Assembly: GCA_042217585.1 (NCBI GenBank)
Contig: JBDGSJ010000012.1
Coordinates: 1-41,249, forward strand
Length of the DNA: 41,249 nt
Direction: 5' to 3'
Origin: Candidatus Nanohaloarchaea archaeon
Lineage (GTDB): Archaea; Nanohalarchaeota; Nanosalinia; Nanosalinales; Nanosalinaceae
Of the stretch, positions 1-9,669 are shown piece after piece. How positions within the stretch are numbered: position 1 is the first letter of the stretch; every line of letters begins with the position of its first letter. Below the pieces are notes generated by a model. The model saw nothing but the letters and a program-made list of their open reading frames with translations. It did not search any database and was not told the origin of the DNA. The position numbers were made by a program, and so were the translations under genes.

Positions 1-1503
1 TGGTTCGATCCCCGTCCGACGAGGGATGAAGGCACCTACTCGTTCTCGATAAACGCCGAGTCGCAGGCCACAGGAAATGTATACTCGACAAGCGCGACAG
101 TCACGGTCGTCAAGGACCACGAGGTAGAACTGAGGGCCTACGACAGACGGAAAGATGCCTGCCTGGGTGAAAAGACCCGGTACACGGTCACAGTTACAAA
201 TTCGGGCATACAGAGGGAGACCTTTGATCTCTCGTTCAAGAACGCGCAGGGCCTGGATACCAAGAAGATATCCCAGAGGAACCTGGATCTAGACGCAGGA
301 CAGTCCGTCAACGTGACAGTGACAGTCGGTTCAGATACCGCAGGTGACAGGAGCTTCGATGTAAGAGTAAGCTCGACCTCAAGCTATGCTTCAGACGTTA
401 AGACTTTCGAGCACAGGTCTGTAAGGTGCTTCGGTTCTGATATCTCGATAACACCGGGCAGTCAGAGAGTGGCGGTTTTCAACCAGGCCAGTTTCAACGT
501 AACGGTAAGGAACACCGGGACGCACAGCGACAGTTTCGTGCTGTCGACATCCGAGGGCAACCTGTCGAGGACCCGGTTCAACCTGACGAGCGGAGCAGCC
601 AGGACCGTACAGCTATCGGTAAGCCCCGAGACCGTCGGAAAGAAGACGGTGACGGTCACTGCGGATTCAAGGGTGAAAAGTTCCGCGAAGGCAACTCTCG
701 ATGTCTACAACGGCAACGCGGTTACCGTGGGATTCCCCGAGAACACGAGGAAAGTATGTGAGAACGGGATGTTCAGGTACGATTACCGGATAACCAACAC
801 CGGGAAGGCATCCGACACCTACACGGTGCAGGTCCTGAGGCCGGAGCAGGGAAGGATGACCACGACGCTCGACCTCAGGCCGGGCCAGTCGAGAGAGGTA
901 TCCCTGACGTTCGACGCAGAGAACTACGAGATAGGGAAGACCCGGCAGGTCGAGATCAGGGCGGAATCAAAGACCTTTGAATCGGTCTCCGACTCAGCGA
1001 CCGCCTCTTTCACCGTCCAGAACTGCTGGGACCTCAAGATGAGGATCCTTCCCGAGGTCTCCAGCGCCGGCAAGAACATGAGCGTCGTCTACGAGATAAA
1101 GCTCAACAACACCGGCGCCCGGGAGAACACGTACGTGCTCTCCCACGAGGGACCCGAGTGGGTCTCCATCAGACCAAAGAACATCACCATACCTGCAGGA
1201 GAGGGCGCCACGGCCTACATCTTCGCGGGAGTTCCCTACGAGGAAAGAGGCCAGGTCAACATCACCGCCCGGGCGGTGGGCACGGACGTGAAGAGGACCG
1301 AGAGCCTACAGCTCGTGATCGGTGAGAACATCACAGCGGCGATCAAGAGCAACAAGACGAACACCAGGTTCACAGGACAGTTCACCGAGTCCTTCGGCAA
1401 CATCTTCAGCGCGGCAAGAGGCGCTGGCACCCCGCAGAAGATCATGGGGTCGATACTGCTGGGGCTCCTGATAACGGTCTACGTCCTTTACAGGGAGTGG
1501 TAG
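1..1503 (+). CDS. Large cell-surface protein with tandem Ig-like (CARDB/NEW3-type) repeats and C-terminal membrane anchor; 5'-truncated by window edge
   Basis: Frame is open from base 1 (WFDPRPTRDEGTYSF...). Repeated 'V.V.NTG...D.F.L' and 'L.PG.S..V.L' units; hydrophobic C-terminal helix IMGSILLGLLITVYVLY. Confidence 0.8.
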   Translation, partial: WFDPRPTRDEGTYSFSINAESQATGNVYSTSATVTVVKDHEVELRAYDRRKDACLGEKTRYTVTVTNSGIQRETFDLSFKNAQGLDTKKISQRNLDLDAGQSVNVTVTVGSDTAGDRSFDVRVSSTSSYASDVKTFEHRSVRCFGSDISITPGSQRVAVFNQASFNVTVRNTGTHSDSFVLSTSEGNLSRTRFNLTSGAARTVQLSVSPETVGKKTVTVTADSRVKSSAKATLDVYNGNAVTVGFPENTRKVCENGMFRYDYRITNTGKASDTYTVQVLRPEQGRMTTTLDLRPGQSREVSLTFDAENYEIGKTRQVEIRAESKTFESVSDSATASFTVQNCWDLKMRILPEVSSAGKNMSVVYEIKLNNTGARENTYVLSHEGPEWVSIRPKNITIPAGEGATAYIFAGVPYEERGQVNITARAVGTDVKRTESLQLVIGENITAAIKSNKTNTRFTGQFTESFGNIFSAARGAGTPQKIMGSILLGLLITVYVLYREW

Positions 1504-1549
1504 ACTCCCTTACCTTCTCCATTTTAATCCTCTGGTCCCAGTTTTTCCC

Positions 1550-2767
1550 ATGGAGATAGACGCAGATTTCCATATACACGGTAAACATTCCGCAGGGGTC
1601 TCGCCCGACATGGAGCTGGATGTCCTCTCTGAACAGGGCAGAAAGAAGGGTCTGGACCTCATAGGTACAGGAGATGCCCTCAACCCCAAGTGGCTCTCAC
1701 ATATCGAGGAGGGAACGGACAGAAAGCGCGACGGTATATACACCACTGGGTCGATGGACTTCATCATCACCGCGGAGGTGGAGGATAACGACGGGGTCCA
1801 CCATCTGATGATTTTCCCATCTCTCCAGTCAGTAAAAGACGTTTTCCACGATATCAAAAAGTACAGCGATGATATAAGGAGAGAGGGAAGACCACGGATA
1901 GACCGGTCGGGTGAGAAGATCGCCGAGATAGCCAAAAAACACGGCTGTCTCATCGGTCCTGCCCACGCCTTCACCCCGTACACCGCCGTTTACGGAAGTC
2001 ATGACTCTCTGGAAGAATGCTACGGAAGCCAGACCGACCGCCTTGACTTCCTCGAGCTGGGTCTCTCCGCCGATACCGGTCTGGCGGATCGTATATCCGA
2101 CCATCATGACATGGTCCTTCTCTCGAACTCTGATGCTCACAGTCCCTGGCCTCACCGGCTCGCACGGGAGTTCAACAGGATAGAGGTCCCCGAGAAATCG
2201 TTCAACGCTGTAGAAAAGTTGTTCAGCGGTGGAAGGGGCGAGATAGTCCTGAACGCCGGACTGGATCCGAGAGAGGGAAAATATCACTGTTCTGCCTGTA
2301 ACGAGTGCCACCAGAAGTACAGCCTGGAGCAGGCCAGAGAGTTCGGGTGGTCATGTCAGGAGTGCAGCGGCAGTATCAAGAAGGGGGTCCGTGACAGGAT
2401 CGATGAGCTTTCAGACGTCGAAAGCCGCCCGGAAAGACCGCCTTACCTTCATCTCCCGCCCCTGGCCAAGATAATCCAGGAGGTCGTCGGTCACTCGTCT
2501 CCCACCACGAAGACCGTCCAGGAGAGATGGGAGAAAATGAACCAGGCTCACGGACCTGAGATAGATATACTCGTGGAGAAAGAAATCAGGGATCTCAGGA
2601 AAACCGATGAAGAAGTCGCTGAAGCCATAATGAAGTTCAGGGAGGAGAAGACCATCATGGTGCCCGGCGGAGGAGGCAAGTACGGAGAACTCGTCATACC
2701 TGAGGATGAGGAGGAAGAGAACGATATAAGGGAAAAGAGGAGGAAGGAGCTGGAGTGCCGTTACTGA
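1550..2767 (+). CDS. endoQ: Endonuclease Q family (TIGR00375-type) PHP-domain DNA repair nuclease with Zn finger
   Basis: DADFHIHGKHS, GLDLIGTGD, IGPAHAFTP, ELGLSAD, SNSDAHS, REFN, GKYH-CxxC...CxxC-IKKGVRDRI, PGGGGKYG. Confidence 0.88.
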   Translation: MEIDADFHIHGKHSAGVSPDMELDVLSEQGRKKGLDLIGTGDALNPKWLSHIEEGTDRKRDGIYTTGSMDFIITAEVEDNDGVHHLMIFPSLQSVKDVFHDIKKYSDDIRREGRPRIDRSGEKIAEIAKKHGCLIGPAHAFTPYTAVYGSHDSLEECYGSQTDRLDFLELGLSADTGLADRISDHHDMVLLSNSDAHSPWPHRLAREFNRIEVPEKSFNAVEKLFSGGRGEIVLNAGLDPREGKYHCSACNECHQKYSLEQAREFGWSCQECSGSIKKGVRDRIDELSDVESRPERPPYLHLPPLAKIIQEVVGHSSPTTKTVQERWEKMNQAHGPEIDILVEKEIRDLRKTDEEVAEAIMKFREEKTIMVPGGGGKYGELVIPEDEEEENDIREKRRKELECRY

Positions 2768-3769
2768 TCAGTTGGGGGTACCCTTAACCGTCATCACGGC
2801 CGACGTACTCTTCATATAGCCGTACGTCGCGTTAAGCGTGATAGGTACGGTCCTGCTGGCACTGCCGGTACCCAGTTCAGGAGGATTCATCTCGTAACAC
2901 GTCCTGGCGGTCTTCCTGCTCCTTGGGATGTCTACCTCGGCTACCTGTCCGCCATCGCTCACGTGCTCGAAGTTTACTCCGCCCGCGTCGTTAACTCTGA
3001 TCTTCACGTACTTCCTGAACCTTGGTCTCATGTCGTACTCGACCTGTCCATCCCTCCCGGCTGAAGCCGCGGGGTTGAAGGTCGTTCCTCCGCCGACGTT
3101 CCTGATCCTTATACACATCCTATCGTTTGAACCCCTGCCTGTTATTATCGGCGTGGTGGTCATGATCTCGAGCTTCACAGGCGCGGCAGTGTTCTCAAGT
3201 TTTGGTGTGTTTCTCTGCGGCGTACCCTGGGTCCTCCACTCACTCATCGTCATGAACGTGAGTTTGGTCTGGGCCTGAGTCGAGTACTTGAAGTACACAG
3301 TGGAATCGAACGTGTAATCGATGGTCCTGTCGCCCCTGTCCGGAGGCGTCAAGGACCAGCTTCTGGTCTTCGGTATCGCAGGGATGTTGGCCTCCTTGTC
3401 GCCAGGCTTCATGTCCCCGAACGTCACGAAGTTACAGGGCTCTCCCTCCGAGTCTTCGAAGGAGTTAGTGGGGTTCTCGTCCTGACATGCCCAGTCAATC
3501 GGAGGTCCTCCGAGCCTTGCTGCCACATCCTCCGCTGTGCTCTCTCCCGTGTTCTTCAGCGAGAGCCTCAGCGTCACCGGGTTCCCGTTGCTGTACGCCA
3601 CCATCGGAGTGATGGTGAAGTTCTGTACCGTGATCGCCTTCTGGCTCGTAAATGTGATGTCCGAACCATCCGTATTGTTGGTGTTGTTGGCGTTGTGAGT
3701 GCAACCTGAAGCCACTAACACCAGGGCCAGAACTGCGAGCCCCGGTCTCTTCCTGATATGCTCTATCAT
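2768..3769 (-). CDS. Predicted lipoprotein, beta-rich (paralog 3 of surface family)
   Basis: Basic N-region, h-region and lipobox LVASG|C; Asn/Thr linker; motifs shared with neighbours. Confidence 0.75.
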   Translation of the reverse strand: MIEHIRKRPGLAVLALVLVASGCTHNANNTNNTDGSDITFTSQKAITVQNFTITPMVAYSNGNPVTLRLSLKNTGESTAEDVAARLGGPPIDWACQDENPTNSFEDSEGEPCNFVTFGDMKPGDKEANIPAIPKTRSWSLTPPDRGDRTIDYTFDSTVYFKYSTQAQTKLTFMTMSEWRTQGTPQRNTPKLENTAAPVKLEIMTTTPIITGRGSNDRMCIRIRNVGGGTTFNPAASAGRDGQVEYDMRPRFRKYVKIRVNDAGGVNFEHVSDGGQVAEVDIPRSRKTARTCYEMNPPELGTGSASRTVPITLNATYGYMKSTSAVMTVKGTPN

Positions 3770-4593
3770 GGTTTCACGAGCTCCACATTCTTGTTTCGTT
3801 CTTTGACGTATTTATATCGTGCGGAGAAGAAAAGGTTTCTGGTCGCCTCTACATCGGACTTCAGCTTGCACTGGAAATCCACCTTGTCCTCTATGACCGG
3901 GGTATCGGAATCAGGGCAGTCATGGAAGAGGGACTCCGGGCTGTAGGAGAAACTGTAATCGCCAACCACGTTGCCGTCGCCGGCGTTCCTGACCGTGAAC
4001 TCTATCGTCTTGCCCTCAAAGTCTCCTTCCCTTGGGAAACCTATCGGGTTTTCGGTCTCCATCTTCACCCTTACCTCCCCGTTGTTGAAGGACTTCGTAA
4101 CGGAGCTGGTCCTGTTGATATCTGAGATAGGTTTGAAAGTTATCTTCAGGGGGTTGCTGTTCCTCACGTTGGAATCGTACGACAGTCTCAGGGTGAAGGT
4201 GAGGTCCTTGCTCTCGAAGTTCTCTATGTAGTCCTCGGAGGGGGCTGTTATACGCCAGTTGCAGATCATCACCGGATTGGTGCTGGCCGTCGCCTTCTGG
4301 AGCTGGCCGGGAGTGCACCCTCTTTTCTCTGCCGTTATCTTTCCAAGGTTATAGAGTTTTATCTCGTTCAGGGATATCTCCTTCGTGTGGTAGTTCTTGA
4401 GTCCCACCGTCACTTCTGCCCTCTGTCCGGGCCTGAGCGTCGAATCCGTGATGCTGAACTGGGTGATCTCAAGACCTTTTCCTGATGGCTCCGGATTGTC
4501 GTTGATGGGAGGGTTATTCGTGTCGGTGTTCTGATGAATACATCCTGTAGCGACAACTACAACTGCAAGTATCGCAAGTGTCCTAGCTTCCAC
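3766..4593 (-). CDS. Predicted lipoprotein, beta-rich (paralog 2)
   Basis: Lipobox VATG|CIH; 4-bp ATGA overlap with downstream gene. Confidence 0.75.
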   Translation of the reverse strand: MEARTLAILAVVVVATGCIHQNTDTNNPPINDNPEPSGKGLEITQFSITDSTLRPGQRAEVTVGLKNYHTKEISLNEIKLYNLGKITAEKRGCTPGQLQKATASTNPVMICNWRITAPSEDYIENFESKDLTFTLRLSYDSNVRNSNPLKITFKPISDINRTSSVTKSFNNGEVRVKMETENPIGFPREGDFEGKTIEFTVRNAGDGNVVGDYSFSYSPESLFHDCPDSDTPVIEDKVDFQCKLKSDVEATRNLFFSARYKYVKERNKNVELVKP

Positions 4594-5530
4594 GGTTCTT
4601 CACCTCTATAGTGATGGGTCCGACCTCCTTCCGGTACTGGTAATCCAGGTTGGCGGATATCTGTGTCCTGATACTTTTCGCCGGCAGTGGCTCTCCCTCC
4701 GCCTGACCGGGATACATGTAATCACACCTTATCGTCTCTGATTCGCCCTCTACCATCGTTATCTCGTTGTCTCCGCCTGCACTGCAGTTGGTGACCTCTC
4801 CTCTGGTGGCCGTGATCTGCTCCTCGAAATCCCCGTAGATCCTGTAAAGGCTGTTGTAGGCTCCCTTCTTGTTCTCCGTGTCCTCTATCTGGAGCAGGAT
4901 GTCTACGCTGTCCCCGTGTATAAGGACCGAGTCACGGTTCTCCTCCGCACTGCTACCCACCATCTCTACGTAAATGTTCAGGGGACCCCGCGAGGAACGA
5001 CTTTCAAGTCCGGTAAGCGTATTTGTTTCAGTGGTGTTTTTTATCTGCAACTGCTTGTAGGCCGTGACGGAGTAGTTAAAGACTATATTCGCCGTCACAT
5101 CACACTCTATCGGCTGCTGTGGTATGTCCCCCGTCGCCGTCAGCCTCCACTGGAACTTGGCCCGGTCCTCGGGCTTTAGAGTGTAAGTGTGCCTCTTCAT
5201 GTCAGTCACTGAGGTACTGACCTCGAAGTTCTCCGGACTCAGAGTGAAGACTCCTGGACAGTAGTTGGAGAGAAGCTTTCTCCCGGCGATCTGGTCCTGT
5301 GGTACATCCTGTCTGGCGATTGATATCTCCGCAGGTATCTCACCCGTGTTCCTTATCTCCAGGTCCACGATTGTGTGGGCTCCTTCCATGACCGAGTTGC
5401 TACCAGCCGAGAACTCCTGTATCGTTATGGCGCCTGTATCGCCCACTACGTTATCACCGCCGTCGTGGATACATCCTGAACCCACCACTGCCAGAAACAA
5501 CAGACTTAAAGCTGCCAGACGTTCCTGCAT
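4583..5530 (-). CDS. Predicted lipoprotein, beta-rich (paralog 1)
   Basis: Lipobox VGSG|CIH; overlaps next gene by 11 bp. Confidence 0.75.
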   Translation of the reverse strand: MQERLAALSLLFLAVVGSGCIHDGGDNVVGDTGAITIQEFSAGSNSVMEGAHTIVDLEIRNTGEIPAEISIARQDVPQDQIAGRKLLSNYCPGVFTLSPENFEVSTSVTDMKRHTYTLKPEDRAKFQWRLTATGDIPQQPIECDVTANIVFNYSVTAYKQLQIKNTTETNTLTGLESRSSRGPLNIYVEMVGSSAEENRDSVLIHGDSVDILLQIEDTENKKGAYNSLYRIYGDFEEQITATRGEVTNCSAGGDNEITMVEGESETIRCDYMYPGQAEGEPLPAKSIRTQISANLDYQYRKEVGPITIEVKNRGS

Positions 5531-5539
5531 GTATGGCCT

Positions 5540-6331
5540 ATGTTCTCAGGAGTTAAAAACTTTGTAGTTGAGAACTTCTGGAAACCGGCTCTCGGCGCCG
5601 GCTTCAGATACAACATATTCAACACGTCCGTCTACGCACTCATCTCAGGTCTTGTCGCGGTCTACCTGTATCCTCTCTCCAAGAGGATGGGAGTGAGGTA
5701 CAGCAGGCAGTTTCTCCTGTCTGTGACACCGTACATCGTAATGACCGGGATACTGGCGGCGACGGCGGCTTCCGGGGAGGTCGCAGGCCTGCCCTTCAGC
5801 AAACCCCTGGCGGTGCTCTCAGCTCTTTCGCTCACCGTGGTCCTTTACAGAGTATCTTCCCGACTCTCCAGGCTGACGGGATACAGCACTGAAAGATGCT
5901 TTACGGTTTCAGGGATTCTGATGGTTCTGCTTTTCCTTATACCTTTAACCCCCATGATAACATGGCCGTTTATCAGGACGTTCCTGTTTACTTTCGCCTG
6001 GGCTGTTCCACTCCTTCTTTTCTGGAGGTACGGGGTCTCTCCGCTTTCAAAGTCGGTCTACCTGGCGCCCATGGCCGCCCACCTGTTCGATGCCACCACA
6101 ACCGTCGTATCTCTGGGTAGAGGAGGGATCGAGAAAAACCTGGTCGCGAGGTATTTCATCCAGTTTATGGGCCCTTCTGGTATATTTGTCCTTAAGGCTG
6201 TCGCCGTCCTGCCCGCCGTTTACTATATTGAAAACGTGATGGAGGGAGATCGAAAGAGGTACTATCTTCTGATGGTTACCGCCGTGGGTGTCGCGGTGGG
6301 AGTCAGAAACCTGGTCCTCATGTCTTCCTGA
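5540..6331 (+). CDS. DUF63 family integral membrane protein
   Basis: YNIFNTSVYA, AHLFDATTT, IEKNLVA and C-terminal GVAVGVRN motifs; multiple TM helices. Confidence 0.75.
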   Translation: MFSGVKNFVVENFWKPALGAGFRYNIFNTSVYALISGLVAVYLYPLSKRMGVRYSRQFLLSVTPYIVMTGILAATAASGEVAGLPFSKPLAVLSALSLTVVLYRVSSRLSRLTGYSTERCFTVSGILMVLLFLIPLTPMITWPFIRTFLFTFAWAVPLLLFWRYGVSPLSKSVYLAPMAAHLFDATTTVVSLGRGGIEKNLVARYFIQFMGPSGIFVLKAVAVLPAVYYIENVMEGDRKRYYLLMVTAVGVAVGVRNLVLMSS

Positions 6332-8470
6332 TCACGGACAGGCCAGGAACAGGGTGTCCTCGAATCCGTTCCGGTCCTCCCAGTCGCTCACCCATGAGTC
6401 ACTGCCGCACGTGGAGCTACTGATCGGGGCGTACTCCACGTCGGCCTCACCGGTATATCCTATGCCGCCTCCCTGTTTCTTGAGCATACTGACCTCCTCG
6501 CTCGTGAGGCCTATCGCTCCCCAGTTGGACCTACCTATCGTCTTCCCTGAAGCGGTGATGGTCTGCGGGTAATGTACCTGAGACTTCGTGTCATCGAGCT
6601 TTGGAATAAGGTTCGTGGCCACGAATCCCGTCTCACCGTCCTCGACTATCTTGTCAAGGTTCCTGTTGTTCAGGATGTTGGCAGTCACCCATCTCTCCCC
6701 GCCCTTCCGGACCACACATCCATCCCTTGCGTCAATTCTCCAGAGGGAGTCGCATGTGGACCTGAAGTTTCTCTCCTCTCCGATGCTCTGGTTCGCGAGA
6801 AGCATCGGGCAGTTCCTGTTCTCGCAGTTCGTGTTCCAGACGCTGAACCTCTTGGTGAAGTCCTGCAGGACTACAGTGTAGTTCACCTCGACGCTCAGCG
6901 TAAGTGTCTCGCCGCTGGGTGAGATGCTCTGAGGGTTCTCAAGCGCCATCGTACAGAACGATATCGGGGGCGGTGAGTTCATCGTGAACCACTCGTCCTG
7001 CTTGTACTGTATGTCCTTGATCCTCTCCTGTAGGGTGCCGTTCAGTTTGTAAGTGTTGTCGTTTATCTTCTTCAGGTCGCATCTGGCCCCCTCGAAGCCC
7101 TCAAGCTTCCAAGCAGGTTCCAGAGCCCCTGAGAGATCGTGTATCTTTACCTCGCCGGGCTGAATTCTGTACTTCACGTTCGCCTTGTCCGTACTGAACC
7201 CGACTCTGGCTCTCACTATCCTCCGGGTCCTCTCCCCATCCACTACCTCGTAGGTAATCGGTGAGCCGATGTTTATGTAGCTCTCGACCGGTGTGTTCAG
7301 GGTCTTGGACTTCTTCGGGTCTGGAAGCTTCCCGAGCGAATCCATCTGCTTCCAGGACATGGCCTGGATCTGGACCCAGGACTGTGACGAGAAGTTGTAC
7401 TTCATCTGGACCTCCAGGTTCCTTGATATACCGAGGGATGGCTGCATCAGGTTGCAGTTGGCCATAGTCATGTTGGCCAGGTTCTGTCTGGACCCTCTCA
7501 TTATCGCGAGTCCTCCGCTCGGCAGTTCGCCTCTCTGCCCTGTGCTCCCGGCTATCGGCGTCCAGGTCGTGTTGCAGTAGGATGTTGCGGCCGGTCCCAG
7601 GACTCTCATCCTGTACTTGACCCCGTACGCGTCTATACCCTTGTATCCCTGATTCCGATCGTAGTACTCGGGGTTCTGGATCTGGAAGTAGATCGGTATA
7701 GTTTTGTTAGGTCCGTAACTTCGTATGTCTATTTTTTCCCCGTTATTGACCGTGAGCTCCGAGATCTTGAGTTTGAATGTCTCGCCGACGTCCTCCGCTC
7801 CCGGTCTCACGGACTGGTTGAGTCTCTGCTGTCTGAGACATGTGGCGCTCAGCATGCAGGTGAAGTCGTTTATCGCGGAGTTTACGGTATGTATCTCGTC
7901 CTGGAAATTGATGCCCGTGAAGGACAGGGCCGCGCTCTTACCGAGGATGATGCCGTATCCGCTGAAGAAAAGGAATCCTATCACGGCGATGATGGCAAGG
8001 GCGAATATCTTGCCCTTCGTCGGCGAGAGGGCCTTCCCCACAGCGGCGCCTGCGTCCACGTCCATGCCTCCCTTCTCCTTCCACTGTCTGTACTGTTTCT
8101 TGGAGGGCATGGGGTCGAACCTCTCAAGGAAACTCAGGAAAATCGCCGCGAGCTTCAGCCACTCTGTGTCATTCAGGTAAGGTATAGGCAGTACGAATAT
8201 GGCTAAGGTTGCAAGTTGCCCGGCGTTCAACTTGGTTACGTAGATAGGTCGGACCTCCGGCAACCACCTGAAAGGTATACCCAGGACCGGTATCCTGGCA
8301 AGCAGACCAAGGTACTCCAGGTCAAGGTAGGGAATAGCTGCGTATATAAGCAACCATATTATACTCCCTCCTATGCTTTCCTCGTCATCTCCGGGCTTCT
8401 CTATATCTTCGTAGACGCCGTCACCGCCGTTTCCACCGGGTCCCTCCTGGTTCGGGCGTCTTTCTGGCAT
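6332..8470 (-). CDS. Membrane-anchored protein with several N-terminal TM segments and a large Cys-containing extracellular region related to the lipoprotein family
   Basis: Hydrophobic segments within residues ~35-185; SD AGGTGA upstream of ATG; shared motifs in the C-terminal region. Confidence 0.7.
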   Translation of the reverse strand: MPERRPNQEGPGGNGGDGVYEDIEKPGDDEESIGGSIIWLLIYAAIPYLDLEYLGLLARIPVLGIPFRWLPEVRPIYVTKLNAGQLATLAIFVLPIPYLNDTEWLKLAAIFLSFLERFDPMPSKKQYRQWKEKGGMDVDAGAAVGKALSPTKGKIFALAIIAVIGFLFFSGYGIILGKSAALSFTGINFQDEIHTVNSAINDFTCMLSATCLRQQRLNQSVRPGAEDVGETFKLKISELTVNNGEKIDIRSYGPNKTIPIYFQIQNPEYYDRNQGYKGIDAYGVKYRMRVLGPAATSYCNTTWTPIAGSTGQRGELPSGGLAIMRGSRQNLANMTMANCNLMQPSLGISRNLEVQMKYNFSSQSWVQIQAMSWKQMDSLGKLPDPKKSKTLNTPVESYINIGSPITYEVVDGERTRRIVRARVGFSTDKANVKYRIQPGEVKIHDLSGALEPAWKLEGFEGARCDLKKINDNTYKLNGTLQERIKDIQYKQDEWFTMNSPPPISFCTMALENPQSISPSGETLTLSVEVNYTVVLQDFTKRFSVWNTNCENRNCPMLLANQSIGEERNFRSTCDSLWRIDARDGCVVRKGGERWVTANILNNRNLDKIVEDGETGFVATNLIPKLDDTKSQVHYPQTITASGKTIGRSNWGAIGLTSEEVSMLKKQGGGIGYTGEADVEYAPISSSTCGSDSWVSDWEDRNGFEDTLFLACP

Positions 8471-8479
8471 CTTTCTTGA

Positions 8480-9616
8480 TCACCTTGTCGAGAGCACTTT
8501 CAGGTCTGTCAGCTGGTAGGTCCCGTTGCTCCTAATATGAATCTTGTTTTCTCCTTTAAGGGTCTTTTCCGGGATGGTCACATTGACATCGCCGGATGGG
8601 TTTATCTTCCTGCTGAAATCGTTGACCTGGACCACCATCTGGTTGGTCGATGGCAGGAGGCTGGTGAAGTCGAACCTTATCCACTCCGTCGTGTCTTTCA
8701 GGTCGGCGAACCTCACCTGTCTCCGGCTCATGTTGAACTCGGTCCTTATCTGACCCGAGCTGACCCTTGTCACGTACCGGACCGTCACCTCTGCGTTCTT
8801 GATCTCGTACCTTGACTCTCCCTCCGTGCTGAACTTGATGGTATTCATCCCGGTGTGAAGGCCTCCTTCCGAGGGATTGGTCGTCAGTTCCACGCTCTGG
8901 GTGGACCTCCCTATCGTCTCATGGAAGACTGTGTTGCCGTTCACCGTCACCTGCAGGGGCTTTGTCGGTGTCGAACTCCCGATAGGTACCGTGAACGAGA
9001 GGTTCGCTGCCACCATGTTCGCTATCTCGTGGTCGTAGAGCCTGAAGGTATCCTCGTGGTCGCTGAACTTCCTGTCATTCACGACCGCCTCTACATCCTC
9101 TATCCTGTAACTTGTCGAGTCGAACCATCCACCCTTCGTGGTGCCTACCGTGAAACGGTTTATCCCGGGGTGCAGGTACTGGCTTGATATCCTTATCTCG
9201 GGTGTGGCGGTGACCACCAGTTTTTCCTTGTAGACCTCTCTACCGTTCGCCTTCACGTATATCTTTCCGGGTCCGCTCTTACCCAGGACATCAAACGAAA
9301 GGACCGCGTACTTAGGTGAGGTCGCGTTGTACTTGAAGCTGAGCCATTTGCCGCCGAGGAACTTGTTCATGACGCGGGCCTGGTCCTTCCTGAAGGCCGT
9401 GACTTCGCCACGTCCCTCCCCGACCTTGAAGCTTCCGAGTCCTATCGATCGGAAGTCCTGGTTCGATTCACCGACCGTGCCGAAGCTCTGTTCCGTGAAT
9501 ATCATCTGGCGTTTTTCAGGTGCTTCCTGGCCGAGCGGCATCCCCTGTGAGGCGATGAAGAATACCCCGAATACTGCGAGGCCTGCCAGCAGGGAGACGA
9601 CAAAACTGTCCGCCAT
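8480..9616 (-). CDS. Hypothetical exported protein with N-terminal signal anchor and repeated beta-sandwich units
   Basis: N-terminal hydrophobic helix; internal repeats V.(A/V)NG..V(Y/F) and LH.G.N.(F/I). Confidence 0.7.
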   Translation of the reverse strand: MADSFVVSLLAGLAVFGVFFIASQGMPLGQEAPEKRQMIFTEQSFGTVGESNQDFRSIGLGSFKVGEGRGEVTAFRKDQARVMNKFLGGKWLSFKYNATSPKYAVLSFDVLGKSGPGKIYVKANGREVYKEKLVVTATPEIRISSQYLHPGINRFTVGTTKGGWFDSTSYRIEDVEAVVNDRKFSDHEDTFRLYDHEIANMVAANLSFTVPIGSSTPTKPLQVTVNGNTVFHETIGRSTQSVELTTNPSEGGLHTGMNTIKFSTEGESRYEIKNAEVTVRYVTRVSSGQIRTEFNMSRRQVRFADLKDTTEWIRFDFTSLLPSTNQMVVQVNDFSRKINPSGDVNVTIPEKTLKGENKIHIRSNGTYQLTDLKVLSTR

Positions 9617-9669
9617 ATACCCTCATTTTGGTTCTAACCTTTTATTTGTGGTAGTGGATTTCCTGTAAC

